Below are positions 19,256 through 28,729 of a DNA stretch of 64,000 nucleotides, piece after piece. Under the pieces are notes generated by a model, which saw only the letters and a program-made list of their open reading frames with translations, had not been told where the DNA came from and searched no databases. Numbering within the stretch: the stretch's first letter is position 1; each line of letters opens with the position of its first letter. The position numbers and the translations under genes were made by a program. The DNA comes from Alphaproteobacteria bacterium (GTDB taxonomy: Bacteria; Pseudomonadota; Alphaproteobacteria; SHVV01). The stretch spans positions 2,496,001 to 2,560,000 of the forward strand of contig OZ253470.1 of the NCBI GenBank assembly GCA_965261735.1. The letters run 5' to 3'.

Positions 19256-21886
19256 CTATTCGGCCGCCAACATCTCGTTCAGATGCGTGCCGTCATGGTT
19301 GAGCTCGGCAAAGGTCCCCTGTTCGATGACCTTGCCTCCCCTCATGACGAGCACCTTGTCAAAGTCTTGGGCGAGATCGGCACGGTGAAGCGACCACACG
19401 AGGCCTCGGCCCGCGAATTCCTGGCGCAGGTTCGTCATTATCTTACCCTGGGACGCGCTATCCAGGGCCGCGGTCGCCTCGGACACGATGAGAATGTCGG
19501 GCCGCTTGAGCACGGCCCGAGCGATCGACAGCTTTTGCCGCTGCGCCCCGGACAGGCGCGAACCGGCGATGCCGACGTTATAGCCGAGTCCGACTTCGAT
19601 CACCGTGTCACGCAATCCCTGCTCCCGCACCACCTCGGAGACGAACTCGCCGACGCGCTCGCTCGAATGCGCCTGACCATAGGCGATCTTACCGAACAAG
19701 ATGTTATCTTGGATGTTGGCGACGCTGTTGTACTCCTCGGGATCGAACACCTCGACCGCGTCCTTGAGGTCTTCGGGCAGGTCGCGGTGGAAGGCCTCGC
19801 GTGCCTCCAGGAGCTTGGGCCGGATGTTCTCGTCGATAAGGCCCAGGCGGTGGCGCGCAGGAATGAGCATGAAGGGGAGGGAGAGCAGCTTGGTCCGGTC
19901 CTCCGGGCCCAACGTGTCGAGGTGATCGCGGTCGACGCGCGTCATCATCGCCTGCACGTCCGGCAGATCGTCGGAACTGATAAAGCTGAACTGCTGGAAG
20001 AGCTCGTGGTCCGGCGGCAGGTCGGCAAACAGCTCGACCATCGTCGCCGCCACCTGATAGCCGATGGACAGCAAGTCGGCGGTGAGCCCGACCTTGTCGA
20101 GGACGGACAGCACGTAGGCGTTCTCGGCCAACCGCTCGACGTTGAACACGTCCTTCACGGGGTGGCCGAACAGTAGGTTCTCGCCGACGGTCGCGTTGGT
20201 GTTGTACTGGGTGCGGTCGAAGGGCTCGATAAGCGCGGCGATCAAGGGTTCCTTGATGCGCTCGCGCAACGCCACTCGTGCGCGCAGGACCGCCGCGGCG
20301 AGTTCGGACTGGCTCTTGGGATCCACCGTGCCGCGCAGGCCCAGGCGGTAGACGTCCTCGTCGAGCCCGACGAGCTTGAGCACCTTGAGGCCGTAGGCCC
20401 GGAGCTCCTCCGGGCCTGCGGCACCGACCGAGCCATAGTCGATCCAGTCGGCCTCGATGTCGGCGGTCGAGTTGCCGGACCGCTCGGCCTCGTCGGCGAA
20501 GTCGCTGCCTGAGTCATTGTCGGCGCCGTCGGGTGGGCGGTGCTTGAGGCCGTAGAAGAGGTTGTCGCCGAGGGAGGCGGCGAAAACGAAGCCGTCCTGG
20601 CCGACGTAGGAAATGCGCCGCCCGGTGACGGCTTCGGGAAGTTCGCCTAGATCCGTGCCGTTGACGGTGATGCGGCCCTTGCTCGGCTCCAGGAGCCGCG
20701 CCATCAGTAAAGCAAGGTCCTCTTTGCCGCTGCCGCTGGAGCCGACCAGGGCGATGTGCTCGTCGAGCTTGAGCTTGACCGAGACGGCGTCGAGAACGTT
20801 CATGTCCTGATCGTCGGTGAGCGTCAGATTGGCGGTGGCAAGCTCCCCGGTAAGCCGCTCGACATCCGCCTCACCGGGCGCCTGGTACGATTCGTCCCGC
20901 ATGCCCGGCGGCGCGAACTGGCTCACTACCTGGTCGTACTTGATGCGCGCGTCCTCCATCATCTGGTAGTAGCGAAGCAGCTCCTTCCAGGGCGCCGCCA
21001 GATCCTTATGGGCGGCGATCGCGGCCATCAGCGTACCGATCTCGAGCTGACCGTCGATGACCAGGTAGCCACCGATCGAATAGAAGAAGAACGGCCCGAG
21101 TTGTTGGATGAAGTTGTTGAGAAACTTGATAACGAACTTTTGCCGATAGATCTCGTAGCGGACGTCGAAGATATTGCCGAGTCGGTGCGAGAACTCGGCG
21201 CGCGCCAGGTTCGACGTGTCGTGGGCATGGATCTCCTGCACCCCCTGGACCGTCTCGCCGATACGGTCCGACAAACGCCGCACCAGCTGCACGCGCTGTT
21301 TGCCGAGCTGGTTCACGCGCATCTGCAACTTGGGAATGATGTAGAGCTGCAGCGGATAGAGCGCCACGGCGGCGGCCGCCATCACCGGGTTCTGGACGAA
21401 AAGAAAAGCGAGAATGATCATCAATTGCCCGCCCTGGAAGGCGGGCAGCGAGTAGGCGTCGCCGACGAACCCGCCGAGCGGTTCGACCTCCTGGGTGATC
21501 ATCGGAATGATCTCACCCTGCGACATCTTGCGGAACGTCGGCAGCGGGAAGCGCAGCACCCGGCTGTAGAGGTCGTAGCGCAGCCGTCTGAGCATGCGCT
21601 CGCCGGTCAACCCCTTGTAAACATTGATGATGTACTTGAAAGCCTGGTTGATCACCACCAGCGCGAGGAATAGCCCGCACATGACGAAAAGGTAGGTCGT
21701 CTGGCTGAGGTCGTTACCGAAGAGGGAATAGGGCTCGGCGCGCCCCAGGATGGCGCCGTTGACGATGGCCTTGGGCACTTCATAGAAGGCGTAAAGGAAG
21801 GGAAACGAGACCGCGGCGAAGATCGTCAAAGTGACCTGCTGGCGCAGGCTGTAGCGCAAGATGTACTTAAATATACCCGGTTCCAT
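19256..21886 (-). CDS. Fused ABC exporter (TMD plus degenerate, expanded NBD)
   Basis: Six-TM domain with GERMLRRLRY; GSSGSGKE; LSGAQRQK; ILIVSEAT. Confidence 0.88.
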   Translation of the reverse strand: MEPGIFKYILRYSLRQQVTLTIFAAVSFPFLYAFYEVPKAIVNGAILGRAEPYSLFGNDLSQTTYLFVMCGLFLALVVINQAFKYIINVYKGLTGERMLRRLRYDLYSRVLRFPLPTFRKMSQGEIIPMITQEVEPLGGFVGDAYSLPAFQGGQLMIILAFLFVQNPVMAAAAVALYPLQLYIIPKLQMRVNQLGKQRVQLVRRLSDRIGETVQGVQEIHAHDTSNLARAEFSHRLGNIFDVRYEIYRQKFVIKFLNNFIQQLGPFFFYSIGGYLVIDGQLEIGTLMAAIAAHKDLAAPWKELLRYYQMMEDARIKYDQVVSQFAPPGMRDESYQAPGEADVERLTGELATANLTLTDDQDMNVLDAVSVKLKLDEHIALVGSSGSGKEDLALLMARLLEPSKGRITVNGTDLGELPEAVTGRRISYVGQDGFVFAASLGDNLFYGLKHRPPDGADNDSGSDFADEAERSGNSTADIEADWIDYGSVGAAGPEELRAYGLKVLKLVGLDEDVYRLGLRGTVDPKSQSELAAAVLRARVALRERIKEPLIAALIEPFDRTQYNTNATVGENLLFGHPVKDVFNVERLAENAYVLSVLDKVGLTADLLSIGYQVAATMVELFADLPPDHELFQQFSFISSDDLPDVQAMMTRVDRDHLDTLGPEDRTKLLSLPFMLIPARHRLGLIDENIRPKLLEAREAFHRDLPEDLKDAVEVFDPEEYNSVANIQDNILFGKIAYGQAHSSERVGEFVSEVVREQGLRDTVIEVGLGYNVGIAGSRLSGAQRQKLSIARAVLKRPDILIVSEATAALDSASQGKIMTNLRQEFAGRGLVWSLHRADLAQDFDKVLVMRGGKVIEQGTFAELNHDGTHLNEMLAAE

Positions 21887-22041
21887 GCGTTCGCCCTGTA
21901 CTGGCCACCGGCGCCCCCAAAAAGCCGTGATCTCGGGGCCGGCCGGCGCAACTGTAGACCAGCCGGCGAGGTCGGTAAACGCCGCGGTAGCGCCACAAAA
22001 ACCTATTTCGCGGCCCTGGGCCCTGTGCGATAGTGGCGCCC

Positions 22042-23298
22042 ATGTCCGACGACGGGGGAAAACGGCGCGCGGCGCGCGGCGCCGAGGGTGCGCGTGTTCT
22101 CATTTACAGCCACGACACGTTCGGTCTCGGCCATCTGAGCCGCTGTCGCACCATCGCCCACTCCCTGGTCGAGAACAACAAGCACCTCTCGGTGCTCATC
22201 CTCTCCGGCTCGCCCATCATCGGCAGCTTCCCGTTTCGCGCCCGCGTCGATTTCGTGCGCATCCCGGGGGTGATCAAGCTGCGCGACGGCGAATATACGG
22301 CGCTCGGGCTGCACATCGACATCGGCAACACGCTCGAGATGCGCTCCTCGATCATCCAGCGCACGGCCGAGACCTTCGGGCCCGACGTGTTCATCGTCGA
22401 CAAGGAGCCGTTGGGCCTGCGCGGCGAGGTCCACGAGACGCTGCGCGAGCTCAAGGAACGCGGCCGCACCCACATCGTCCTGGGGCTGCGCGACGTGCTC
22501 GACGAACCCACGCTCCTGGTCCCCGAGTGGCAGCGCAAGAATGCGGTTCCGGCACTCAGCGACTACTACGACGAAATCTGGATCTATGGTCTGCCGCAGA
22601 TCTGGGAGCCGCTCGCCTACTTCGATTTACCCAAGGACGTGCTACGCAAGATCGCCTATACCGGTTATCTGCGGCGCTCGGCCTCGGGCACGCCGCCGAC
22701 GACGCCCGTTTCGGAGATCACGCGCGGGCCCTATCTGCTGGTGACGACGGGCGGCGGCGGCGACGGCGAGGGGCTGATCGAGTGGGTGCTGCGCGCTTAC
22801 GAAACCGACCCCATGCTGCCGTACCCGGCGCTGCTGATGCTGGGGCCCTTCATGGTTCCCGAGCTGCAGGAGGGTTTCAAGGAGCGCGCCGCCCGCCTCA
22901 GCCGGGTCGAGGCGATCACGTTCGACCCGAACATGGAGAACCTGGAGCGCGATGCCGCCGGCATCGTCTCGATGGGTGGCTACAACACCTTTTGCGAAAT
23001 CCTGTCGCACGACCAGAGGGCGGTCATCGTTCCGCGCACGGTGCCGCGGCGCGAGCAGTATATCCGGGCCTCGCGGGCGCACGAACTCGGCCTCGCCCGC
23101 ATGCTCGAAGACGACGGAAACTACCAGCCCGAGGTCATGGCCGAGGCGCTCAGGGCTCTGCCCCGCCAGCGCCGGCCGAGCGAGGTCGTGGTCTCCGGGC
23201 TGTTGGAGGGCCTCGTCAACGTCAACCGGCTGGTCGAGCCCTGGATCACGCGGCGGGCGGAAAGCGACGACACCACGGTCATTCCGCACCGCGCCTGA
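22042..23298 (+). CDS. Predicted GT-B glycosyltransferase (COG4671-like)
   Basis: YSHDTFGLGHL.R, DKEP.G, TTGGGGDG, SMGGYNT.CE, EQ.IRA. Confidence 0.88.
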   Translation: MSDDGGKRRAARGAEGARVLIYSHDTFGLGHLSRCRTIAHSLVENNKHLSVLILSGSPIIGSFPFRARVDFVRIPGVIKLRDGEYTALGLHIDIGNTLEMRSSIIQRTAETFGPDVFIVDKEPLGLRGEVHETLRELKERGRTHIVLGLRDVLDEPTLLVPEWQRKNAVPALSDYYDEIWIYGLPQIWEPLAYFDLPKDVLRKIAYTGYLRRSASGTPPTTPVSEITRGPYLLVTTGGGGDGEGLIEWVLRAYETDPMLPYPALLMLGPFMVPELQEGFKERAARLSRVEAITFDPNMENLERDAAGIVSMGGYNTFCEILSHDQRAVIVPRTVPRREQYIRASRAHELGLARMLEDDGNYQPEVMAEALRALPRQRRPSEVVVSGLLEGLVNVNRLVEPWITRRAESDDTTVIPHRA

Positions 23299-23308
23299 GG
23301 GCCATTCC

Positions 23309-24535
23309 TTGACCGCGACGGTCGCCTTCGTGCTCAAGGGCTATCCGCGCCTGTCGGAGACGTTCATCTCGCAGGAAATCCTTGCCCTCGAGCGGCGCGG
23401 GCTCGATATCGCCATCGTCTCGCTGCGCCGGCCCACGGACCGCAAGGTCCATCCGCTCCACGGCCACATCAAGGCGAGCGTGCTGTACCTGCCGGAATAC
23501 CTGCACCAGGAGCCGCTTCGCGTGTGGCGGGCGTGGCGCCAGGCGCGGCGGCGGCGCGGCTATCGCGCGGCGCGCGCGGCGTGGTGGCGCGACCTTGCGC
23601 GAGATCCGACGCCGAACCGCGTGCGCCGCTTCGGTCAGGCGCTGGTTCTGAGCCACGAGCTTCCCGCCAAGGTCGACCGGCTGCACGCCCATTTCATCCA
23701 CACGCCGGCCTCGGTCGCACGCTATTGCAGCCTTCTCACCGGGTTGGCGTGGTCATGCTCGGCCCACGCCAAGGACATCTGGACGCTGGCCGACTGGGAG
23801 AAGACCGAAAAGCTCGAGGCCTGCGCCTGGGCGGTCACCTGCAGCGCCGCCAACCACAGCCACCTGACGCGCCTCGCACCGCCGGGGCAGGTCGAGCTCG
23901 TCTATCACGGGCTCGACGAAGCGCGCTTCCCGGCCCGCAACGAGCCGCTGTCCGCGCGCGACGGCGGCCGGGCCGAGGAGCCCGTCATGCTGCTTTCGGT
24001 CGGGCGCGCCGTTGAGAAAAAGGGTTATGACACTCTGCTTGCGGCGCTGGCGCTGGTGCCGGCCGAGCTGTGCTGGCGGCTCGTCCATGTCGGCGGCGGC
24101 CCGCTGTCGCGCCGCCTCCGGCGCACGGCCGAGGCGGCGCGGCTCAGCGCGCGCATCACCTGGCTTGGGCCTCAGGGCCACGACGAGGTGCTCCGCCAAT
24201 ACCGCGCCGCCGATCTGTTCATCCACCCGAGCCGGATCGCTCGCGACGGCGACCGCGACGGACTGCCCAACGTGTTGCTAGAGGCGGCCTCGCAGTCGCT
24301 CGCATGCATTGCCTCGCGGGTCTCGGGGATACCGGAGCTCGTCGATGACGGCGTTACGGGGCGCCTCGTCGCGCCCGACGATCCGGCGGTCCTCGCGGCT
24401 GCGATCGCGGAGCTGATCCGCGATCCGGCGCGGCGCCGGGCGCTCGGCGAAGCCGGCTATGCGCGCGTGCGCGAGGGCTTTACCCTGACCGCCGGCATCG
24501 ATCGCCTGGCATTGAAATTCGGCCTCGGCACCTGA
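23309..24535 (+). CDS. GT4 glycosyltransferase
   Basis: KGYPRLSETFI, HAHFIH, GRAVEKKG, DGLPNVLLEA; TTG start inferred. Confidence 0.92.
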   Translation: MTATVAFVLKGYPRLSETFISQEILALERRGLDIAIVSLRRPTDRKVHPLHGHIKASVLYLPEYLHQEPLRVWRAWRQARRRRGYRAARAAWWRDLARDPTPNRVRRFGQALVLSHELPAKVDRLHAHFIHTPASVARYCSLLTGLAWSCSAHAKDIWTLADWEKTEKLEACAWAVTCSAANHSHLTRLAPPGQVELVYHGLDEARFPARNEPLSARDGGRAEEPVMLLSVGRAVEKKGYDTLLAALALVPAELCWRLVHVGGGPLSRRLRRTAEAARLSARITWLGPQGHDEVLRQYRAADLFIHPSRIARDGDRDGLPNVLLEAASQSLACIASRVSGIPELVDDGVTGRLVAPDDPAVLAAAIAELIRDPARRRALGEAGYARVREGFTLTAGIDRLALKFGLGT

Positions 24536-24541
24536 GGTTTC

Positions 24542-25708
24542 ATGCGGATCGCCTTCTATGCGCCCCTCAAGCCGCCCTCGCACGAGGTGCCCTCGGGCGA
24601 TCGTCGCATGGCGCGGCTCTTGATGACCGCGCTGCGCGGTGCCGGCCACGAGGTCGCCGTCGCCTCGGGCTTTCGTAGCTTCCAGCGCGAGGCTGATCCC
24701 GACCATCAGGACAAACTCGTGGCGGCCGGCGAATCCGAGGCCGAACGCCTCATCGCCCGCTACGCGGCCCTCGACGAGGATCGACGCCCGCACGCGTGGT
24801 TCACCTACCACTTGTACTACAAGGCGCCGGACTGGCTCGGCCCGAGGGTCGCCGATGCCCTCGCCATCCCTTACATCGTCGCCGAGCCCTCCAATGCGCC
24901 CAAACGCGCGCGCGGACCGTGGCGCATCGGACATCGCGCCGCGGCCCAGGCGATCTCGCGCGCCGACGCGGTGATCTGCCTCACCTACCACGACATGGAG
25001 TGCGTGGCACCGATTGTGGAGCCGGCGGACAAGCTGTCCTATCTGCCGCCCTTCCTCGATGCCGGCCCGTTCGCCGCGGCCGCGCTCCATCGCGAGGCGT
25101 CGCGCCGGGAGCTGGCGGCCGAACTCGAACTCGATGCCGCGGCGCCGTGGCTGCTCGCGGTGGCGATGATGCGCCCCGGCGACAAGCTCGCCTCCTATGT
25201 CGAGTTGGCCGCGGCCCTGGCCGAGCTTGGTAGCCGCGAGTGGCGCCTGCTGGTCATCGGTGAGGGCGAGGCGCGCGAGGCGGTCGAAGCGGCGTTTGCC
25301 GGGCTCGGCGAGGCACGGGTCAGGTTCGCCGGCGCCCGCCCCGCCGCCTCGCTACCGCCCATCTACGCGGCCTCCGACCTCTTCGTCTGGCCGGCGGTCG
25401 GCGAGGCTTATGGCATGGCCCTGCTCGAGGCGCAGGCGGCCGGCGTGCCCGTCGTCGCAGGAAGGGAGCGCGGCGTGCCGGACGTCGTTACCGAAGGAAC
25501 CACCGGACTCCTCGCGCCGCCCCACGATCCCGCGGCGCTGGCGGCGCTGATCGCGCGCGTGCTCGACGATGCCGCGTTGCGCGGGCGCCTCGGCGAGGCG
25601 GCGGCCGCCATCGTCGCGCGCGAGCGCAGCGTCGAGCGCGCGGGCGCGCTCCTCGAGCAAGCGCTGACCCGGGCCGGCGAGGGCCTTGCCGCCCGCACCA
25701 GCTCGTGA
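24542..25708 (+). CDS. GT4 glycosyltransferase
   Basis: PSGDRRMARL, YH.YYKAPD, EAYGMALLEAQAAG. Confidence 0.92.
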   Translation: MRIAFYAPLKPPSHEVPSGDRRMARLLMTALRGAGHEVAVASGFRSFQREADPDHQDKLVAAGESEAERLIARYAALDEDRRPHAWFTYHLYYKAPDWLGPRVADALAIPYIVAEPSNAPKRARGPWRIGHRAAAQAISRADAVICLTYHDMECVAPIVEPADKLSYLPPFLDAGPFAAAALHREASRRELAAELELDAAAPWLLAVAMMRPGDKLASYVELAAALAELGSREWRLLVIGEGEAREAVEAAFAGLGEARVRFAGARPAASLPPIYAASDLFVWPAVGEAYGMALLEAQAAGVPVVAGRERGVPDVVTEGTTGLLAPPHDPAALAALIARVLDDAALRGRLGEAAAAIVARERSVERAGALLEQALTRAGEGLAARTSS

Positions 25709-26310
25709 CGCGCCTCAGCCTCATTCGCCACGGCGATACGGCGTGGAACGAGGCGCGGCGCCTTCAAGGCTGCACCGACATTCCGCTCAGCCCGAGAGGT
25801 CGGGCGCGGCTGGCCGGGTGCGCGGTCACGACCGAGCTTCGGAGTGCGCGTTGGATTTCCAGCCCGCTGCGGCGCGCCGTCGAGACAGCGCGGCTCCTCG
25901 CGGGCACGAACGCAGCTATCGAGCCTCGCCTGATCGAAATGGACTGGGGCGAGTGGGAGGGGCGAACGCTGGCCGAGCTACGCACCGACCTCGGCGCCGA
26001 GATGGCGGCCAACGAGGCCCGTGGACTCGATTTCACCCCGACGGGCGGCGAAAGCCCGAGGCAGGTGCAGGCGCGGCTGCGGCCTTGGCTCGCCGATGTG
26101 GCCGCGCATGGCGAGGCCACCGTGGCGGTCACGCACAAGGGCGTGATTCGCGCGATCCTCGCCCTGGCGGCGAACTGGGACATGATGGGTAAGCCGCCCG
26201 TCAAGTTCGACTGGCGGGCCGCGCACGCCTTCTCGCTCGACGGCGACGGCAACCCGGCCATCGAGCGCGTCAACCTCGCCCTCGGCGCGGCCCGCGAGGG
26301 CCGGGAATGA
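25705..26310 (+). CDS. Histidine phosphatase family protein
   Basis: RHG.T.WN, SSPLRRA, L.EM.WG.WEG, GGES, VTH.G. Confidence 0.92.
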   Translation: MTRLSLIRHGDTAWNEARRLQGCTDIPLSPRGRARLAGCAVTTELRSARWISSPLRRAVETARLLAGTNAAIEPRLIEMDWGEWEGRTLAELRTDLGAEMAANEARGLDFTPTGGESPRQVQARLRPWLADVAAHGEATVAVTHKGVIRAILALAANWDMMGKPPVKFDWRAAHAFSLDGDGNPAIERVNLALGAAREGRE

Positions 26311-27467
26311 GCCGCCGGCGTGCCCTCTTCTATGTCCAGCATCTACTCGGCATCGGCCATCTCAAGCGCGCGGCGATACTCGCGCGCGCGTTCGTCGCCG
26401 CGGGGCTCGACGTCACGGTGGTGTCGGGCGGCTACGAGGTGCCGGGCCTTGACCTCGGCGGCGCGGACCTCGTGCAGCTGCCGCCGGTGCGCGCCACCGA
26501 CCTCCGTTTCAACGAGCTCGTGGACGAGGGCGGCGCGCCGATCGACGACGCCTGGCGCGACAGGCGGCGCGCCCTGCTGCTCGCGGCCTGGCAAGAGGTG
26601 CAGCCGCACGTGCTGCTGCTCGAGCTTTTCCCGTTCGGACGTCGGCAGATGCGCTTCGAGCTGATGCCGCTGCTGGATGCGGCGACCGCGGCGGCCCGAC
26701 GGCCGGTTATTGTGTCGTCCGTCCGCGATATCCTGGTCGCCCGCACCAAACCAGGCCGGAACGAGGAGATGCGCGACCTCGTGGAGACCCATTTCGATCA
26801 CGTGTTGGTTCATGGCGATCCGCGCTTCGTCCCGTTCGCGGAGACCTTCGGCTATGCCGATCGGATCGCTACCAAGTGCCACTACACGGGCTATGTCGTC
26901 GATCGGAGCGAGGTACAGCAAGGGCCCGGAAGCCCCGGCTTCGGCGAGGTCGTCGTCTCGGCGGGTGGCGGCGCGGTGGGCGAGGCGCTGCTGAGAGCGG
27001 CCATGGCCGCGCGGGCGCGCACGCGCCTCAAGGACGCGGTGTGGCGGGTGCTGGTCGGAACCAAGGTGCCCGAGCCGACGTTTCGATCGCTTCGCGCGGC
27101 GGCTGCGGCCGGCATTGTCGTCGAGCGCGCGCGCCCGGATTTCACCACGCTGCTCGCCAACGCCGTCCTCTCGATCAGCCAAGGCGGCTACAATACGGTT
27201 TTGGAGGTGCTGCACGCAGGTGTGCGCGCCGTCGTCGTCCCCTATTCGGGCGGCATCGAGACCGAGCAGCCGCTGCGGGCGGCGCGCCTTGCTCGGCGCG
27301 GGGGAATCACCCTCGTCGCCGAGGCTGAACTCGGGCCCGAAGCCCTCGCCGGGGCCGTGGAGCGGGCGATGGACTCAGCACCCGGCAGCCTCGCCGGGAT
27401 CGATACCGACGGCGCCGCGCAAAGCGCTCGCCTGGTCAGCACGTGGGCGGCAGCGGTCGGGTGGTAG
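26307..27467 (+). CDS. Predicted GT-B glycosyltransferase (COG4671/GT28-C-like)
   Basis: YVQHLLGIGHL.R, E.FPFGR, SAGGG, SQGGYNT, EQ..RA; paralog-like to 22042. Confidence 0.88.
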   Translation: MSRRRALFYVQHLLGIGHLKRAAILARAFVAAGLDVTVVSGGYEVPGLDLGGADLVQLPPVRATDLRFNELVDEGGAPIDDAWRDRRRALLLAAWQEVQPHVLLLELFPFGRRQMRFELMPLLDAATAAARRPVIVSSVRDILVARTKPGRNEEMRDLVETHFDHVLVHGDPRFVPFAETFGYADRIATKCHYTGYVVDRSEVQQGPGSPGFGEVVVSAGGGAVGEALLRAAMAARARTRLKDAVWRVLVGTKVPEPTFRSLRAAAAAGIVVERARPDFTTLLANAVLSISQGGYNTVLEVLHAGVRAVVVPYSGGIETEQPLRAARLARRGGITLVAEAELGPEALAGAVERAMDSAPGSLAGIDTDGAAQSARLVSTWAAAVGW

Positions 27468-28225
27468 GTTGGCGCGCCTTGAGCGGCGAGCTCGACGCCT
27501 GGGCCGCGGCGGGGCGCACGGCCACCCTGTGGTGGCGCGACGACGACGCGGTGGCGCCGACGCGCGCGCTCGATACGCTGATCGCGCATGGTGAGCGCCA
27601 TGGTGTGCCGCTATGCCTGGCCGTGATCCCGGCTCGGGCCGAGCCCGCCTTGGCGACACGCATCGCCGAATCCGCTCAAGTCGCCGTCGCCGTTCACGGC
27701 TACGACCACTTCAATCGCGCGGCGCCGGGCGAGCGCAAGTGCGAGTTGTGCCCGAGTCGCGATCCTGAGGAGGCCGCGGCCGAGCTCAGCGCGGGCCGCG
27801 CGCGGCTCACCGAGCTGTTTGGCGAGCAAGCGATAGCGCTGCTCGTGCCACCGTGGAACCGCATCGCCGCCGCGGTCGTGCCGCACTTGCCGGCGGTTGG
27901 TTTTGCCGGCCTGTCGGCGCTAGGCCCGCGCGCCAGCGCGCTGCCGGCGCCGGGCCTGGTCGCGGTCAACACTCACGCCGACATCATCGATTGGAAGGTG
28001 CGCCGATTTATCGGCACGGCGACGGCGAGCGAGCGCCTCGTGCGTCATCTCCAATCCCGGCGCCTCGGCACGGCGGACGCCGACGAGCCCACGGGCCTCC
28101 TGACCCACCACTTGGTTCACGATGGCGCCGCGTGGGCCTTTCTCGAGCACCTGTTTGCGCTCACCCGCGAGCACGGCGCAACACGCTGGATATCGGCCGC
28201 ACAAATCTTTAACGTTCCATCGTGA
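27461..28225 (+). CDS. Polysaccharide deacetylase-like protein
   Basis: WWRDDD, LAVIP, HGYDH, VPPWNRI, G.LTHH. Confidence 0.82.
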   Translation: MVGWRALSGELDAWAAAGRTATLWWRDDDAVAPTRALDTLIAHGERHGVPLCLAVIPARAEPALATRIAESAQVAVAVHGYDHFNRAAPGERKCELCPSRDPEEAAAELSAGRARLTELFGEQAIALLVPPWNRIAAAVVPHLPAVGFAGLSALGPRASALPAPGLVAVNTHADIIDWKVRRFIGTATASERLVRHLQSRRLGTADADEPTGLLTHHLVHDGAAWAFLEHLFALTREHGATRWISAAQIFNVPS

Positions 28226-28728
28226 CCGATTTGCGCTACCCCTTGGCCGCTCTCCGGGCCGATTACGGGCGCGCCGCGGTCGGCTTCGCGCTGACCGCGG
28301 GGCCACTCGCGTTCGCTTTTCCTTCACCGGCGGTGCGTTATGTTCTGATCGTGCTCGCGGGGCTGTTCGGGCTTTTCGCGCTGCGCACCGTGAGACGCCA
28401 GCTGACCCGTTTCGAGCTTTCCGAGGCAGGTCTTCGCGCGATCGGACCGCTCGGGTCGTCGCTGCACTGGGAAGACCTTCGCAGCGTCGAGCTGCGCTAC
28501 TTTTCGACGCGTCGCGACCGATCGGGAGGGTGGATGCAACTGCGAGTTAGAGGACGGGGACGCGCCTTGGCCCTCGATTCCGCGCTCGCCGGGTTCGATA
28601 CGATCGTGCGCTACGCCTTGGCCGAGGCGCAGGCGCGCGACGTCGTGGTGAGCCAAACGACCCACACCAATCTCTCGGCCTTGCCGAACCTGGAGCACGA
28701 TACCCCGGCACGGCTCGGAGGGCGGTGA
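28222..28728 (+). CDS. Hypothetical two-TM membrane protein
   Basis: Overlaps its neighbours in the operon; two TM helices, then LRYFSTRRDR..GWMQL. Confidence 0.72.
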   Translation: MTDLRYPLAALRADYGRAAVGFALTAGPLAFAFPSPAVRYVLIVLAGLFGLFALRTVRRQLTRFELSEAGLRAIGPLGSSLHWEDLRSVELRYFSTRRDRSGGWMQLRVRGRGRALALDSALAGFDTIVRYALAEAQARDVVVSQTTHTNLSALPNLEHDTPARLGGR

Positions 28729-28729
28729 A

